A DNA stretch of 64,000 nucleotides from an uncultured virus (IMG/VR IMGVR_UViG_3300034102_003702) (taxonomy: Duplodnaviria > Heunggongvirae > Uroviricota > Caudoviricetes), in IMG/VR virus record IMGVR_UViG_3300034102_003702, positions 1-64,000 of that record, one strand, 5' to 3'. Under the pieces are notes generated by a model, which did no database searches, was not told the origin of the DNA, and saw only the letters and a program-made list of their open reading frames with translations. The translations under genes and the position numbers were made by a program. Below, piece by piece: positions 17,873 through 28,751 of the stretch (position 1 is the first letter of the stretch; each line of letters starts with the position of its first letter).

Positions 17873-20602
17873 ATGGAACCAAAAGCACTAGCACCTGCAA
17901 AAATCAATCCAACAAAACTTCTAGGTGGTTCCTCCTTTGCAATTAAAAAAATTAGTGTATCAAACAATATTGGACCTCAAAAAGGTGATTTGGTAGTTAT
18001 TAAAACTCAAGTTATAGAAGTAAAAAACTTGATCAAAAGTTCTACTTTATTAAAGCAAGTAGAAATAACCAAAAAAAGAAAACAAGAAGAGAGGGATAAA
18101 TTTTCAAAAAAAGAAGCAGAACTTGAAACAAAAAAAGAACAACCAGGAACAGAAAAAGTTAAAGTTCCTGGGGTTCCCAAATTGGGATTTTTAGAAAGAA
18201 TTAAAAATATTATCTTCGCAGTTTTACTTGGAAGATTTGTTGTTAAGATGCTTCCAAATCTTCCAAAGTTACTTGGAGTAGTAAAAGTAGTTAGTACTGG
18301 TGTTGAATTTGCTGCAGATTTTTCTGTAGGATTGATTGATGCACTGGGAACTTTTATTCAAAAAACAGATGAAGCATCAAAACAAACTCGTGGATTTCTA
18401 AAGACCGTGGGTGGGGATAATGCAGTTAAAATTTTTGATGGATTTAATAATGCTGTTAATGCAGTTATTATTGCTGCAATTGCCGCAACACAATTACCCT
18501 CATTTGATAGGCCTAAAACTGAACCATCTGGCGGTGTTCCCTCATCAGGATCTGGTCAAACAGCATCAAGATTCGGCAAAAGAACATTAATAAGAACACT
18601 TGGTAGGGGCGGTGCAAAAGTAGCACTCAGGGCCGCAAGACCACTTTTAAAAGCAATTCCTATAATTGGAGGTCTTATTGATTTTGCAATAAATTATTTT
18701 ATTTTTAAAGAACCACTTGGAAGAGCAGCATTTAAATCTATTGGTGCTACACTTGGAGCGGTTCTTGGTGTAACACTTGGTTCTGCAATTCCTTTCTTTG
18801 GAAATATTGTTGGTGGTATTGCCGGTGGTAGTGTTGGTGATTGGTTAGGTGGACTTTTATACGATACTTTTTTTGGAAATAAAACCCCACAAAAACCAAA
18901 AGTTCAAGGTCGTGCTCAAGGTGGAGCAATAACAAGAGGTGGAAAGTTTACTGGTGGTCCTGCAAAAAGAGGAGTTTCCAAAACTAAAAAGAGAGGAGTA
19001 ACTGCACAACCAACAAAATTAAAACCAGGTGCTGACATTGGTGGTCAAAAAAATGTTGAAAAAGTTTTTCCATCTCCTCAAGGTAAAGATAAAAATAAGC
19101 AAGTAAATCCTCTTGGATATATTAAAAAATCCAATGAAAAAATTAAGAATGCACCATTCTTTGGAGCACTATTATCTCTCAGGGACAAGGCATTAGTTGG
19201 TCAAAAACCAACACCATTAGACTATAGTATTGCTGCACAAGGACTTAATGCCTGGATGAATATGACATTCAGTTCTGGTGTATTGAGAGGTGGTGCATTT
19301 GCTAGTGGTGGTGAAGTAAATGCCGATATGTTTTTACGGGGTGAAGACTTAACTCAAGTAATTGCCAAGTCTCTGCAAGATAATATTTCATCACAACTTG
19401 AAGGAAGTATCCAAGATTTGATGAAGCAGATGATGCTAAAACCTGCTGAAGGTGAAAAGAAAGAAAATGTTCCATCTACCACTCCAGATGTTGGTGGACA
19501 ATATTCTCCAGAAGGACTTCAGGGCGAAATATATCAATACCTTCTCTCAAAGGGAATGAGTGACACTCATGCATTAGGTCTTATGGCAAACATATCCAGA
19601 GAAAGTGGATTTAGACCTGGAGTTTCTGAAGCTGGAGGACCTGGAGTTGGTCTATTCCAATATTCAAGTGGTGGAAGAAAAGATGCTTTCCTAAAGGCAG
19701 TTCCTGATTATGCAACAAACTGGAAGGGGCAAATAGATTATGCACTGAGAGAACCGGGTGAACCTGGACAACAATATCTCTCTACAAAATTTTCTTCTCC
19801 ACAAGAAGCAGCAGATTGGTTTATGAGAAAATGGGAAAGACCTGCAGAATATATTCAAAATACAGAAGGTCCAAGAATACACAGAGAATATCTTGCTAGT
19901 TTGGAAAAATATAAAACTAAGAGTGGTTATAATATTCCAACCGGTGTTGCTCTTGGTGCTGGTGCAGGAAATCTTTCTGTAGTAAAAAGTCTTGCTGAAA
20001 GTATGGGAGTTCCTTTATATTCTCATGTAAGGAAAGATAATCCGGATAGTTATCATTATGATGGAAGAGCAATGGATTTTTCAAATGACAGTGTTGGTAA
20101 TGGAACACCACAACAACTTTCTCTGGCTAAAGAACTAATCAAGAGATATGGTGCCACAGCAAAAGAAATTTTTTATACTCCACTTGGATTTAGTATAAAG
20201 GATGGAAAGAAAGTTCCTCCAATTGCTGCTAGCACACACTACAATCATGTCCACGTAGCATTCTTTGGTGGTGGTTCGACTGGAAAGGGTGGAATTGTAA
20301 GAACACACCCCGGCGAATATATTATTGATAAAGATTCTGTAGATGCTTTTGGAATTGATTTCTTTGATATAATCAACCAAACTGAAAGTGTTGCACAAAG
20401 AAAAAATTCAGCAAAACAACTGATGAGTATTCTTCAGTTCTATGCAGGATATGAGGCAGGTGGAAGACAAAGAATTAAAGTCAAAGTTCCTGCACCACAA
20501 GTATCATATGTTCCTGTACCAGTTCCTGTTGGTGGTGGAATGCTGCCAGGAGGGTCTTCTGCAGTAGATTCTGATTATGATTCAACTTATATGGGCCATT
20601 AA
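17873..20602 (+). CDS. Tape-measure-like virion protein with tail-lysozyme-like and putative Zn-peptidase domains
   Basis: LGLMANISRESG...GLFQY; HYDGRAMD...HYNHVHV. Confidence 0.65.
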   Translation: MEPKALAPAKINPTKLLGGSSFAIKKISVSNNIGPQKGDLVVIKTQVIEVKNLIKSSTLLKQVEITKKRKQEERDKFSKKEAELETKKEQPGTEKVKVPGVPKLGFLERIKNIIFAVLLGRFVVKMLPNLPKLLGVVKVVSTGVEFAADFSVGLIDALGTFIQKTDEASKQTRGFLKTVGGDNAVKIFDGFNNAVNAVIIAAIAATQLPSFDRPKTEPSGGVPSSGSGQTASRFGKRTLIRTLGRGGAKVALRAARPLLKAIPIIGGLIDFAINYFIFKEPLGRAAFKSIGATLGAVLGVTLGSAIPFFGNIVGGIAGGSVGDWLGGLLYDTFFGNKTPQKPKVQGRAQGGAITRGGKFTGGPAKRGVSKTKKRGVTAQPTKLKPGADIGGQKNVEKVFPSPQGKDKNKQVNPLGYIKKSNEKIKNAPFFGALLSLRDKALVGQKPTPLDYSIAAQGLNAWMNMTFSSGVLRGGAFASGGEVNADMFLRGEDLTQVIAKSLQDNISSQLEGSIQDLMKQMMLKPAEGEKKENVPSTTPDVGGQYSPEGLQGEIYQYLLSKGMSDTHALGLMANISRESGFRPGVSEAGGPGVGLFQYSSGGRKDAFLKAVPDYATNWKGQIDYALREPGEPGQQYLSTKFSSPQEAADWFMRKWERPAEYIQNTEGPRIHREYLASLEKYKTKSGYNIPTGVALGAGAGNLSVVKSLAESMGVPLYSHVRKDNPDSYHYDGRAMDFSNDSVGNGTPQQLSLAKELIKRYGATAKEIFYTPLGFSIKDGKKVPPIAASTHYNHVHVAFFGGGSTGKGGIVRTHPGEYIIDKDSVDAFGIDFFDIINQTESVAQRKNSAKQLMSILQFYAGYEAGGRQRIKVKVPAPQVSYVPVPVPVGGGMLPGGSSAVDSDYDSTYMGH

Positions 20603-20624
20603 ATAGTGTAGGAAATAAAGTCTT

Positions 20625-21974
20625 ATGAATAATCAAGTATTAACTACAAGAGACGTTAGAAGTATTGATGTTCCAACCATCAATGTGATTTCAAATGATC
20701 AAAAAACAAATGCAGATATTAGAGATGTTTGGACTGACATCTACTACTATGAAAGTGTCTTGCAGGAAACGATCAGAGCATCTGTAATGTATGTTGATGC
20801 TGGTACATCTATTGAAAAGGATGGCAAACAAAAGACAATTCTTGAGGGATTGCCTATTGTTGGACAAGAAAAAGTATCTTTGGCAATAAAAGATGCTAAT
20901 AATGTTGAATTAAAACTAACTTTGTATGTTAATAAAATAACCCCAGTAAAACAAGACACCACAAAGTCTTTTGTAGGACTTGATTTAATTTCTAAAGAAG
21001 GAATCTTAAATCATCAAATAAGAATTAATACTAGATTTGATGGAAAAATATCTGATCATATTTCAAGAATTTTGACTGATTCAAAATATTTGAACACTCA
21101 AAAAAATATTGATATTGAAGAAACTAATAATACTTATAATTTTATAGGCAATAATAAGAAACCTTTTTATGCTGCCATCTGGTTGTCAAAAAAAGCAGTA
21201 CCAAAAGGAATTCAACCAGGAAATACTGCAGGTTATTTTTTCTATGAGACATCTGATGGATTTAAATTCAAATCTGTTGATAATCTTTTATCTACTACAG
21301 ATTCAAAAACTGGTAATAAAAAGGACATTAAAAGTTTAATTTACAATCAGACTCCAGATGGTTCTGGGCAAAATATTCCACCTGGATATAGTGCAAAAAT
21401 ATTGGAGCATAATGTTGATGACGTAAGTGGAAATGTTCAAACAAAACTTGAAATAGGAACATACTCAACAAAAACAATACTGTTTGATCCATTTAACTGT
21501 TACTATGAGGTAGTGTTACCAAAAACTGAGATTACTGAAGGAAATCTTAAACTTGCTGGGAAAGAACTTCCAAAGTTTAATCCAGAGTTTAAAACCAATT
21601 TTACAAGAACTCAATATATGTTGATTGATACTGGTGCTCTTCCTACAGGTGATACAAAACAGCAAATAGAAAAATCAAAATTAAAAAACTTTGACCCCAA
21701 AAATATCTTGAATCAATCGACAATGAGATATAATCAGTTGTTTAGTACAAGAACAACGATTACAATAGTTGCTGATTTTAGTTTGCACGCAGGAGATTTG
21801 GTTTTCATTGATGCTGGTGTTCCTGGACAAGAGTTAGGAACTCTTCATAGTGGTTCATATCTTATTGCAGATTTATGTCATTATATTAATAAGGCTCAGG
21901 GTGGGTATACAAAACTTACATTAGTAAGGGATTCTGTAGGTAAAAAGGGATCTCCAACTTATAATGCAATTTAA
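20625..21974 (+). CDS. Baseplate hub protein (gp27-like)
   Basis: YYESV, YFFYETSDGFKFKS, LHAGD...SGSYLI..LCH....T.L.LVRDS; lies before gp5. Confidence 0.65.
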   Translation: MNNQVLTTRDVRSIDVPTINVISNDQKTNADIRDVWTDIYYYESVLQETIRASVMYVDAGTSIEKDGKQKTILEGLPIVGQEKVSLAIKDANNVELKLTLYVNKITPVKQDTTKSFVGLDLISKEGILNHQIRINTRFDGKISDHISRILTDSKYLNTQKNIDIEETNNTYNFIGNNKKPFYAAIWLSKKAVPKGIQPGNTAGYFFYETSDGFKFKSVDNLLSTTDSKTGNKKDIKSLIYNQTPDGSGQNIPPGYSAKILEHNVDDVSGNVQTKLEIGTYSTKTILFDPFNCYYEVVLPKTEITEGNLKLAGKELPKFNPEFKTNFTRTQYMLIDTGALPTGDTKQQIEKSKLKNFDPKNILNQSTMRYNQLFSTRTTITIVADFSLHAGDLVFIDAGVPGQELGTLHSGSYLIADLCHYINKAQGGYTKLTLVRDSVGKKGSPTYNAI

Positions 21975-22008
21975 GTTTGTTAAATAGTAGTACAATACAA
22001 TCACTAAA

Positions 22009-22221
22009 ATGGATAGTGTAGAAAAGCATATAGAGTATGATAAAAAACTTCTTGACGATCCTTTAATTTCTCCACAATCTCGTCGTCATACTGAAGAGGA
22101 ATTGGAAGCATTAGAAAAGTGGGTTAAGAACCATCCAGAAGATCATCACGATCCATCTTCTTTGGAACTTTATTGTGATTCAAATCCTGAAGCACTGGAA
22201 TGTAGAGTATATGATTATTGA
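22009..22221 (+). CDS. cp12: CP12 Calvin-cycle inhibitor
   Basis: C-terminal LELYCDSNPEALECRVYD. Confidence 0.92.
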   Translation: MDSVEKHIEYDKKLLDDPLISPQSRRHTEEELEALEKWVKNHPEDHHDPSSLELYCDSNPEALECRVYDY

Positions 22222-23924
22222 TTATGTCTGAAGGAACATTATTTAATTCTGGATTTTTGGGTGCAGATTTCAATTGGTGGATTGGCCAAATTGCTGAGGA
22301 TTCCACTTGGAGAGATAATATTCTTCCTGGAAAGTTTGAAAATAAAGATCAAATTGTTGGGTGGGGTCGTAGGTATAAAGTAAGAATCATTGGTCTTCAC
22401 GACCAAGAGAGTACCATACTTCCTTCGGAACAACTTCCTTGGGCACAGGTAATGTATCCTGTGACTGCTGGTGGTGGTCAGTCAGGTTCTTCTGCAACTT
22501 CTGCATTAAGACAAGGAAATTTTGTATTTGGATTTTTCTTGGATGGACCTGACCAACAAGTTCCAGTTATTATGGGAGTTCTTGGTAACAACGCCCAAAC
22601 TCAACTTGGTGTTAAAACTGGCGATAAGGGATTTGTTCCTTTAACTGGATATAATCGTGTAGATGATCCTAATCCTGATCCAAACATTTCAGTTGCAGAT
22701 AAAAATCTTGCAATTACTAAACCAAAAGGTTCTGAACAATCACAGGAATGTTCGCCCATAGTATCTGGGGTTACTCTGGATAAGTATGGACTTCCGTATG
22801 GAAAAGCAACGAAAGCACAGTTGCAAGATATTCAAAGTGCATCTGCGGAAGCAAACGCAAGAAATTTAACTGGTAATGCTTTTGATGAGTTTGTCAAGAA
22901 TGCGGTTCAAAACGGAATCAAAAATCGTTGTGAGCAGGCAAACTCTTCAACATCTTCAGCAAGACCTGGAGCAACAATAGAGCAACCCGATAATCCTCAT
23001 CAACAAAGTGTTGCTGACGTAAAGAAGAATGATCTTTATCATAGAAAGGTTGTTCTAATGTCGCCTTGTGATGTTACAAATTCTGCATTAAAAGCAATGC
23101 AAGTTGTGATTGAAAATCTAACAAATGATATTAATAAAAAATTAAATGCTTTAGTAAGTTATATCGATGCTGCTACTGATATCCTTTCACAAATTCAAAC
23201 ATTAATTTCAAATGCTGCTTGCGAAATTGCAAAGTATATGAAAACAATCTTTGATAAAATTATGGAATATGTTTTGAAGAAAATTAATAAAGCAATGTCT
23301 CCAACTGTCAGTTTGATGTATCCAAATCAGAGACATAGGTACTTAGACATCAAAGAAAAGATTACTCAATTAATATACTGCCTATATCAAAAAATTACTA
23401 ATAACCTTTGTGCATTAATCCAAGGAATTCTTGATGGCGAACTCGATACAAAAACAATTCCACCAGAAACTTCTTCACCTACAACACCTATATGTTCTGT
23501 TGAATCTTTAACTGGTAAGGTAATTTCTGCAAATATGGATGCTATGAATCAGGGAATTGATGATGTCTTAGCAAGCATTAATGGATTCTTGGGCGATATT
23601 GTTGGGGAACTAAACGAAGTATCATCGGTAATAGGTAGCGTTAATGAATTGATTAATTCTATAAGTTCAAGTTTAACCTCCGCACTAAGTTTTCAAAATA
23701 TAAGTATCTCTATTTTTGGGTGTGATATAACTCCAAATTGTGCAGCATCATCCTATTATACACTTCAAATTGGAAGTGGTGACGCTAAAGATTGTCAGAT
23801 TCCCAAATTCCCGAATGTTGACTATCAGGCACAAATTTCCTTTAAGGCACCAAAAATTGGTAATGTTCAATTTGCAACTCCATCCACAAATGTTCAGGAT
23901 GTAAATGTCCAATTAGGATGTTGA
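22218..23924 (+). CDS. gp5: Baseplate central spike gp5-like protein (N-terminal OB domain)
   Basis: WWIGQI, RYKVRIIGLH, LPWAQV, VFGFFLDG..Q.PVIMG; no lysozyme motif recognised. Confidence 0.8.
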   Translation: MIMSEGTLFNSGFLGADFNWWIGQIAEDSTWRDNILPGKFENKDQIVGWGRRYKVRIIGLHDQESTILPSEQLPWAQVMYPVTAGGGQSGSSATSALRQGNFVFGFFLDGPDQQVPVIMGVLGNNAQTQLGVKTGDKGFVPLTGYNRVDDPNPDPNISVADKNLAITKPKGSEQSQECSPIVSGVTLDKYGLPYGKATKAQLQDIQSASAEANARNLTGNAFDEFVKNAVQNGIKNRCEQANSSTSSARPGATIEQPDNPHQQSVADVKKNDLYHRKVVLMSPCDVTNSALKAMQVVIENLTNDINKKLNALVSYIDAATDILSQIQTLISNAACEIAKYMKTIFDKIMEYVLKKINKAMSPTVSLMYPNQRHRYLDIKEKITQLIYCLYQKITNNLCALIQGILDGELDTKTIPPETSSPTTPICSVESLTGKVISANMDAMNQGIDDVLASINGFLGDIVGELNEVSSVIGSVNELINSISSSLTSALSFQNISISIFGCDITPNCAASSYYTLQIGSGDAKDCQIPKFPNVDYQAQISFKAPKIGNVQFATPSTNVQDVNVQLGC

Positions 23925-23972
23925 TGATAAATAAGGTTAATGGAAAGACTTTGAAATATAATACTACTAAAA

Positions 23973-26900
23973 ATGCCAAATAGTTTTAATACACCAATTA
24001 GTATAGATTCTATTAGAGTTGGATATGTTGATCCATCTCTTGGGTTTGTTGATGGCATTACAGTCTGTCAAGCAAATGATTATGCGTACAAAAATCCTGG
24101 AACAGTATTTGTTTTTAGGGATGGTAGCAATAATATTAAGTACTTAACTATTAATGAAGTTAATTTATTAACTACAAATGACATTGTATCTACAACAAGC
24201 ACTTGTGGTGGATATCAAGAAATAAAAGAATGCGGTCCACCAAAGATTCAAATTTTTGGTGGCGGTGGAGTAGGTGCTGTAGGAAATCCAGTTGTAGGAG
24301 AAGATGGTGCGATTCTTGCAGTAGATTTGGTAAGCGGTGGATTTGGATATCAGTTCCCTCCAATTACTCAAGCAAAAGATGAATGTCAATATGGAACTGG
24401 TTCAGTATTAAGAGCAATTCTTGGCGAAACTGTAGAAGAATATGAAACCTTTGAGGGAGAAGAAGACTTTGAAGAATATGAATTATGTGAGGATACTGAT
24501 GTTGGATATGGTATAAAATACGGACCCAATGGAGAAAATTTAGGTGATTGGGACCCAGATTCATACACAAGCACGGCAAAAGATCCCATTCAAAATGAGA
24601 TTGAAAAGTATCAAGAGTCACTTACAAAATATAAAAATCCTTTTTGGACAACAAGAAAAAAACTACCAGTAAGAATTAGTTCTTTAGGCAAAGATTTTTC
24701 TTCTTATGAGGTGACATTTCCTACTTGGAATGACTTTATGAATTCTTATGCAATTTCTCCAGTTGCTCCTTCAAATGTTGCTGGTAGTGATTTTGCAGGA
24801 AGAATATTTACATTTGAATGGGAAGAAAATTTTCCGTATGATGGCGAATATGTTTTTAGAGGACTATGTGATAATCTTGCAAAACTGTATATTGATGGTG
24901 ATTTAATCTCCGATTTAAAAGGATTTAATGATTCGGTGCAGCCAATTCAAAAAACATTAAAATCTGGTGTTTATCTTATTAGAATTGACTTATTGAATAT
25001 TCCAATAACAACAAATACTTCAACAACAACTTCAGTCACTTCTAAAATAAATGCTAAATTTGCAAAGAGAGGAAATGATTTTTATCTCGATGTTACTGGA
25101 AGTGGCACTGGTGAAGTAGATTTATTAATGGAAATTGATGATTCATCTTATATTGCAGGACTTGCTGCGAGAGAAATTATTATTCCTTCGGATAAGGGCA
25201 AAGTAAAATTTACAAGGGCAACTGGCACACCTAAAGTAGAAAACATTAAGAAGACTATTAATGTTACTGGAGGTCAATCTTATGGTCCAATACAAATATT
25301 AGGAGCAACTATTGGAGTTGCAAAACCAACTGTAAATAGCAACAAAATTGCTTTATATGATGCTGCTGGAACTGATGAAAATATCAAGTTTCTTATTACA
25401 AATGTGAAAGGAAATGCAACCACAACTTCAATTAATACGTCAGCATCTACCGCAAGTGTTGCATCAATTACTACTCAGAATCCTAAAGATTATGTACTAC
25501 CAGAAGCAAAAATTATTGAGAAGAAAGGTCAATATTATATTCAAGTTGGTGGAACAGGTGTAGTAAATATAACATTTAAAATGGATGTGAATGATGCCTA
25601 CTATATTGCAGGAATAGCAGCATCAGAAATTAGAGTTCCTTCTGAAAGTGGTACTATTTCATTAAAAAGAAAGTCAACTGTAAGTATCAACGGACAATAT
25701 TTTCCAAATGCATATGAAAAAGAAGAGACCATTAAAAAGTCTGGTAAATTTGCTGGAGGTAAAACTTATGGTCCTATTGAAATAATCAACCAAAATCCAA
25801 CAGGTCTTCCTCCAAAACTATCTGGTTCAAAAAAACTTGAACTCAGAGATGCTGAAGGAGATGATGCAAATATTAAGTTTGAAATTGATAACGTAGAACC
25901 ACAAAAATCTACAGTTTCAAATATTGCTACAGGTACAGTTGTATCATCAAAATCTTGGAATCAAAATCCAATGGGCATTTCAGTAACAATTGATGCTCCA
26001 CCACAACCTGTTCCTCAAGAAAAACCTCCTGTACAAGAAGGTAGATGTCCACCAAATCCTATTTGGTCTACAAGATTTCCAAGTGCAAAGGAAAATTGGT
26101 ATCCAGTTCGTTTTCCCAAATGGTCTAAATTTTTGAATAGATATGCACTATCTCCAGTAAAACCATTAGACACTCCTGGAAGTGATAGTGGTGGAATATC
26201 TTATTCAAATTCTTGGAATGTCAATGCTCCTTTTAGAGGATATTATAAGGTTCGTGGAGAGGTTGATGATATTGCAAAAATTTATGTTGATGGAAATTTA
26301 GTTCTGGATCTATCAAGAAGAGTTGGGAAAACTAGTGGTTCGGAAAAAGTTTTATTGGAAGAAGGTAATCATACGATAAAAGTTGAGGTTGAAAATTATT
26401 CTTCCGAATCTTTCTCAACAATAAATCAAAAAATCTTTAGTACTCTTGACTGGCAATCTCCTCTGGCATCTACATCTTCTAATATAAAGGCAAAGTTTAT
26501 TCAGAAAGGAAAAGATTATTATTTGGATGTATCTGGATTTGGATCTGGCGAAATTTCTTTTGTGATGGATGTCAATGACGCACCTTACATCGCTGGTCTT
26601 GCTGCGAAGGAAGTTATTATTCCTTCAGACGGTGGTAAGTTAATGTTTACTAGAACTGGTATATCTCAAAGAGATTCTATTGCATATTTTAGTATCCCAA
26701 AAGAAGAGACCATTAAAAAGTCTGGTAAATTTACTGGAGGTAAAATTTATGGACCAATACAAATATTAGGTGCTACAGTTGGTGCAGGAACTCCAAAAGT
26801 TTTCAATAATAAGTTATCTCTATTTGATGCTGCTGGAACTGATGAAAATATCAAACTTGAAATTTCTAAAATAGAACAAACTGCAAAAAATTCAGTTACG

Positions 26901-28076
26901 TCAAGTTCTGTTTCTTCTGGTACATCAAAGGATGGTGTAATATATCAGGGTCCAGAAATTTTTCATCACATTCAAACCACAGGTGGTTCAACAGGTAAGG
27001 GCTGGGGAGACTTTATGAATAAGTATTCAGTCTCTCCAAAAGTATTTAAGAGTATATCCGAACCTGACGAAAGAATAAATGGAACGTTTACTTTAACTTG
27101 GAAAAACGTAAAATTTCCTGAAGATGGGGATTACAGAGTTAGATTTCAGGCAGATAATATTGGTGTTCTTAAAATTGGTGATAAACAAGTTCAAAAGACC
27201 ACAGATTTTTATGGAGATCCTGCAACAATTCAAACAAATATAACTGCAGGAACATATGATATTGTAATTGAACTGACGAATATCAAAGATAGAACCAATA
27301 AGTTTTCAAATAATCCAACAGGAACTTCCTTGGTTATTGAAAAGGATATATCTGTAAGAGATAGTTCATCAAAATCTTGGACAGAAAATCCGATTGGAGT
27401 TTCTGCGGTTTTAATTTCTCCACCCTGTCCAAAGAAAATTAGTGGTAAGGGCGTAGTAGAAAAAATTATTATAGATGAACCTGGTAACGGATATCTTGCA
27501 CCACAAGATCCTACAATTGGATATCCAGTTATTGTTAAATTGAAAGAAGTACTTGTTGATAATGGTGGAATCAATTATAATTGTGGTGGCGATCAACTTA
27601 AAATTACACCAGATAATGGTGCAAAATTGAGTTATACCTGCAATGCCTTTGGTGTTATTAATACAGTGACTGTTGATGATTCTGGCACACCTTTTACAAG
27701 TTACCCAAGAATCACTCTTCCATCAGAAACCGGAGTAAATGCAAAGTTTACACCAGTCTTTGAAGTAATAAGAGATCCTTTAGATCCGGCAATATCTCCA
27801 AATAATATTATTCAAGTTACTGATTTGGTTGGTCTCAAGCAAACTGGATATGTCGATGGTCGTGCATATTATGGTGCAGTATATTATGATGGAGGTGTTA
27901 AGTATGCGGGATACTATAAGACAATTGGTACACCAATTCGTGTCTATAATACTCTTCAGGAGAGTATTACTACTAAGGTAACTACTCCTGCAAGTGCAAT
28001 TGAAAGATCTGGTACGGATGTTACAAGTAATGATCCACGTCTCAATATTCCAGGAACTCCAGAGAATCTAATTTAA
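23973..28076 (+). CDS. Large virion structural protein with PA14-like and other internal repeats
   Basis: Three W..F.N.Y..SP...G.Y.....D domains and three AK....G..YL.V.G.G...YIAG.AA.E repeats. Confidence 0.7.
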   Translation: MPNSFNTPISIDSIRVGYVDPSLGFVDGITVCQANDYAYKNPGTVFVFRDGSNNIKYLTINEVNLLTTNDIVSTTSTCGGYQEIKECGPPKIQIFGGGGVGAVGNPVVGEDGAILAVDLVSGGFGYQFPPITQAKDECQYGTGSVLRAILGETVEEYETFEGEEDFEEYELCEDTDVGYGIKYGPNGENLGDWDPDSYTSTAKDPIQNEIEKYQESLTKYKNPFWTTRKKLPVRISSLGKDFSSYEVTFPTWNDFMNSYAISPVAPSNVAGSDFAGRIFTFEWEENFPYDGEYVFRGLCDNLAKLYIDGDLISDLKGFNDSVQPIQKTLKSGVYLIRIDLLNIPITTNTSTTTSVTSKINAKFAKRGNDFYLDVTGSGTGEVDLLMEIDDSSYIAGLAAREIIIPSDKGKVKFTRATGTPKVENIKKTINVTGGQSYGPIQILGATIGVAKPTVNSNKIALYDAAGTDENIKFLITNVKGNATTTSINTSASTASVASITTQNPKDYVLPEAKIIEKKGQYYIQVGGTGVVNITFKMDVNDAYYIAGIAASEIRVPSESGTISLKRKSTVSINGQYFPNAYEKEETIKKSGKFAGGKTYGPIEIINQNPTGLPPKLSGSKKLELRDAEGDDANIKFEIDNVEPQKSTVSNIATGTVVSSKSWNQNPMGISVTIDAPPQPVPQEKPPVQEGRCPPNPIWSTRFPSAKENWYPVRFPKWSKFLNRYALSPVKPLDTPGSDSGGISYSNSWNVNAPFRGYYKVRGEVDDIAKIYVDGNLVLDLSRRVGKTSGSEKVLLEEGNHTIKVEVENYSSESFSTINQKIFSTLDWQSPLASTSSNIKAKFIQKGKDYYLDVSGFGSGEISFVMDVNDAPYIAGLAAKEVIIPSDGGKLMFTRTGISQRDSIAYFSIPKEETIKKSGKFTGGKIYGPIQILGATVGAGTPKVFNNKLSLFDAAGTDENIKLEISKIEQTAKNSVTSSSVSSGTSKDGVIYQGPEIFHHIQTTGGSTGKGWGDFMNKYSVSPKVFKSISEPDERINGTFTLTWKNVKFPEDGDYRVRFQADNIGVLKIGDKQVQKTTDFYGDPATIQTNITAGTYDIVIELTNIKDRTNKFSNNPTGTSLVIEKDISVRDSSSKSWTENPIGVSAVLISPPCPKKISGKGVVEKIIIDEPGNGYLAPQDPTIGYPVIVKLKEVLVDNGGINYNCGGDQLKITPDNGAKLSYTCNAFGVINTVTVDDSGTPFTSYPRITLPSETGVNAKFTPVFEVIRDPLDPAISPNNIIQVTDLVGLKQTGYVDGRAYYGAVYYDGGVKYAGYYKTIGTPIRVYNTLQESITTKVTTPASAIERSGTDVTSNDPRLNIPGTPENLI

Positions 28077-28113
28077 CTCTATTAAATAGTACTACATTGA
28101 ATTCACATTTCTG

Positions 28114-28740
28114 ATGGCAATTCCTCCAAATAGTAAACCAAATAATACGAGAGTAAATAACACTACATCAAAACAAAATTATACTGAAATTAGTTATGGA
28201 AATGACCATGGTTCAATTAACTTTGGTCATGTTTCGAAACAAGGGGATGTGACTGCTGACGTACAACTTCAAGCATCTGATGGTCGTCATCAAATCACTT
28301 TAGATAAAGATGGCCCAAGAAAAGGATGTACCTCAATAACATCTCCTGGTAATTTTCAAATTCAATGTGGTCTTGATAAGAATGAAGCAGAAGATACTCT
28401 GTTTATAAATGCTGTGAATGGTAATGTTTGTATCATTGCTAGTAATGGAAAACTGAGACTTCAGGGTACTGATATTGAATTAGTTGCAATTGGGGAGGGT
28501 GGAAGTAAAGGAAATATTCGTATGAATGCAAAAGGCGGTTCTATTGAAATGGACGCCAAAAAGGTCTTGATAAATGCCTCAAGTTTCTGTAAAATAGCAT
28601 CTAGTGGAAAGGTTGAAGTTGCAGCAAATAGTTGCTTAAGTATGTACGGTTCAATAATTAGAGGAGTTACTGACGCTTGTGCAGTAAAAGATTCTAAAGT
28701 TGGTGGAAGAAGATTCCAAGTAAGTCAAGAAATTTTTTAA
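28114..28740 (+). CDS. Putative gp5 C-terminal/spike-like beta-strand protein
   Basis: Repetitive short beta-strand pattern (INAVNGNVCIIASNGKLRLQG); location in the gp5 block. Confidence 0.5.
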   Translation: MAIPPNSKPNNTRVNNTTSKQNYTEISYGNDHGSINFGHVSKQGDVTADVQLQASDGRHQITLDKDGPRKGCTSITSPGNFQIQCGLDKNEAEDTLFINAVNGNVCIIASNGKLRLQGTDIELVAIGEGGSKGNIRMNAKGGSIEMDAKKVLINASSFCKIASSGKVEVAANSCLSMYGSIIRGVTDACAVKDSKVGGRRFQVSQEIF

Positions 28741-28751
28741 GGAGAAAATAA

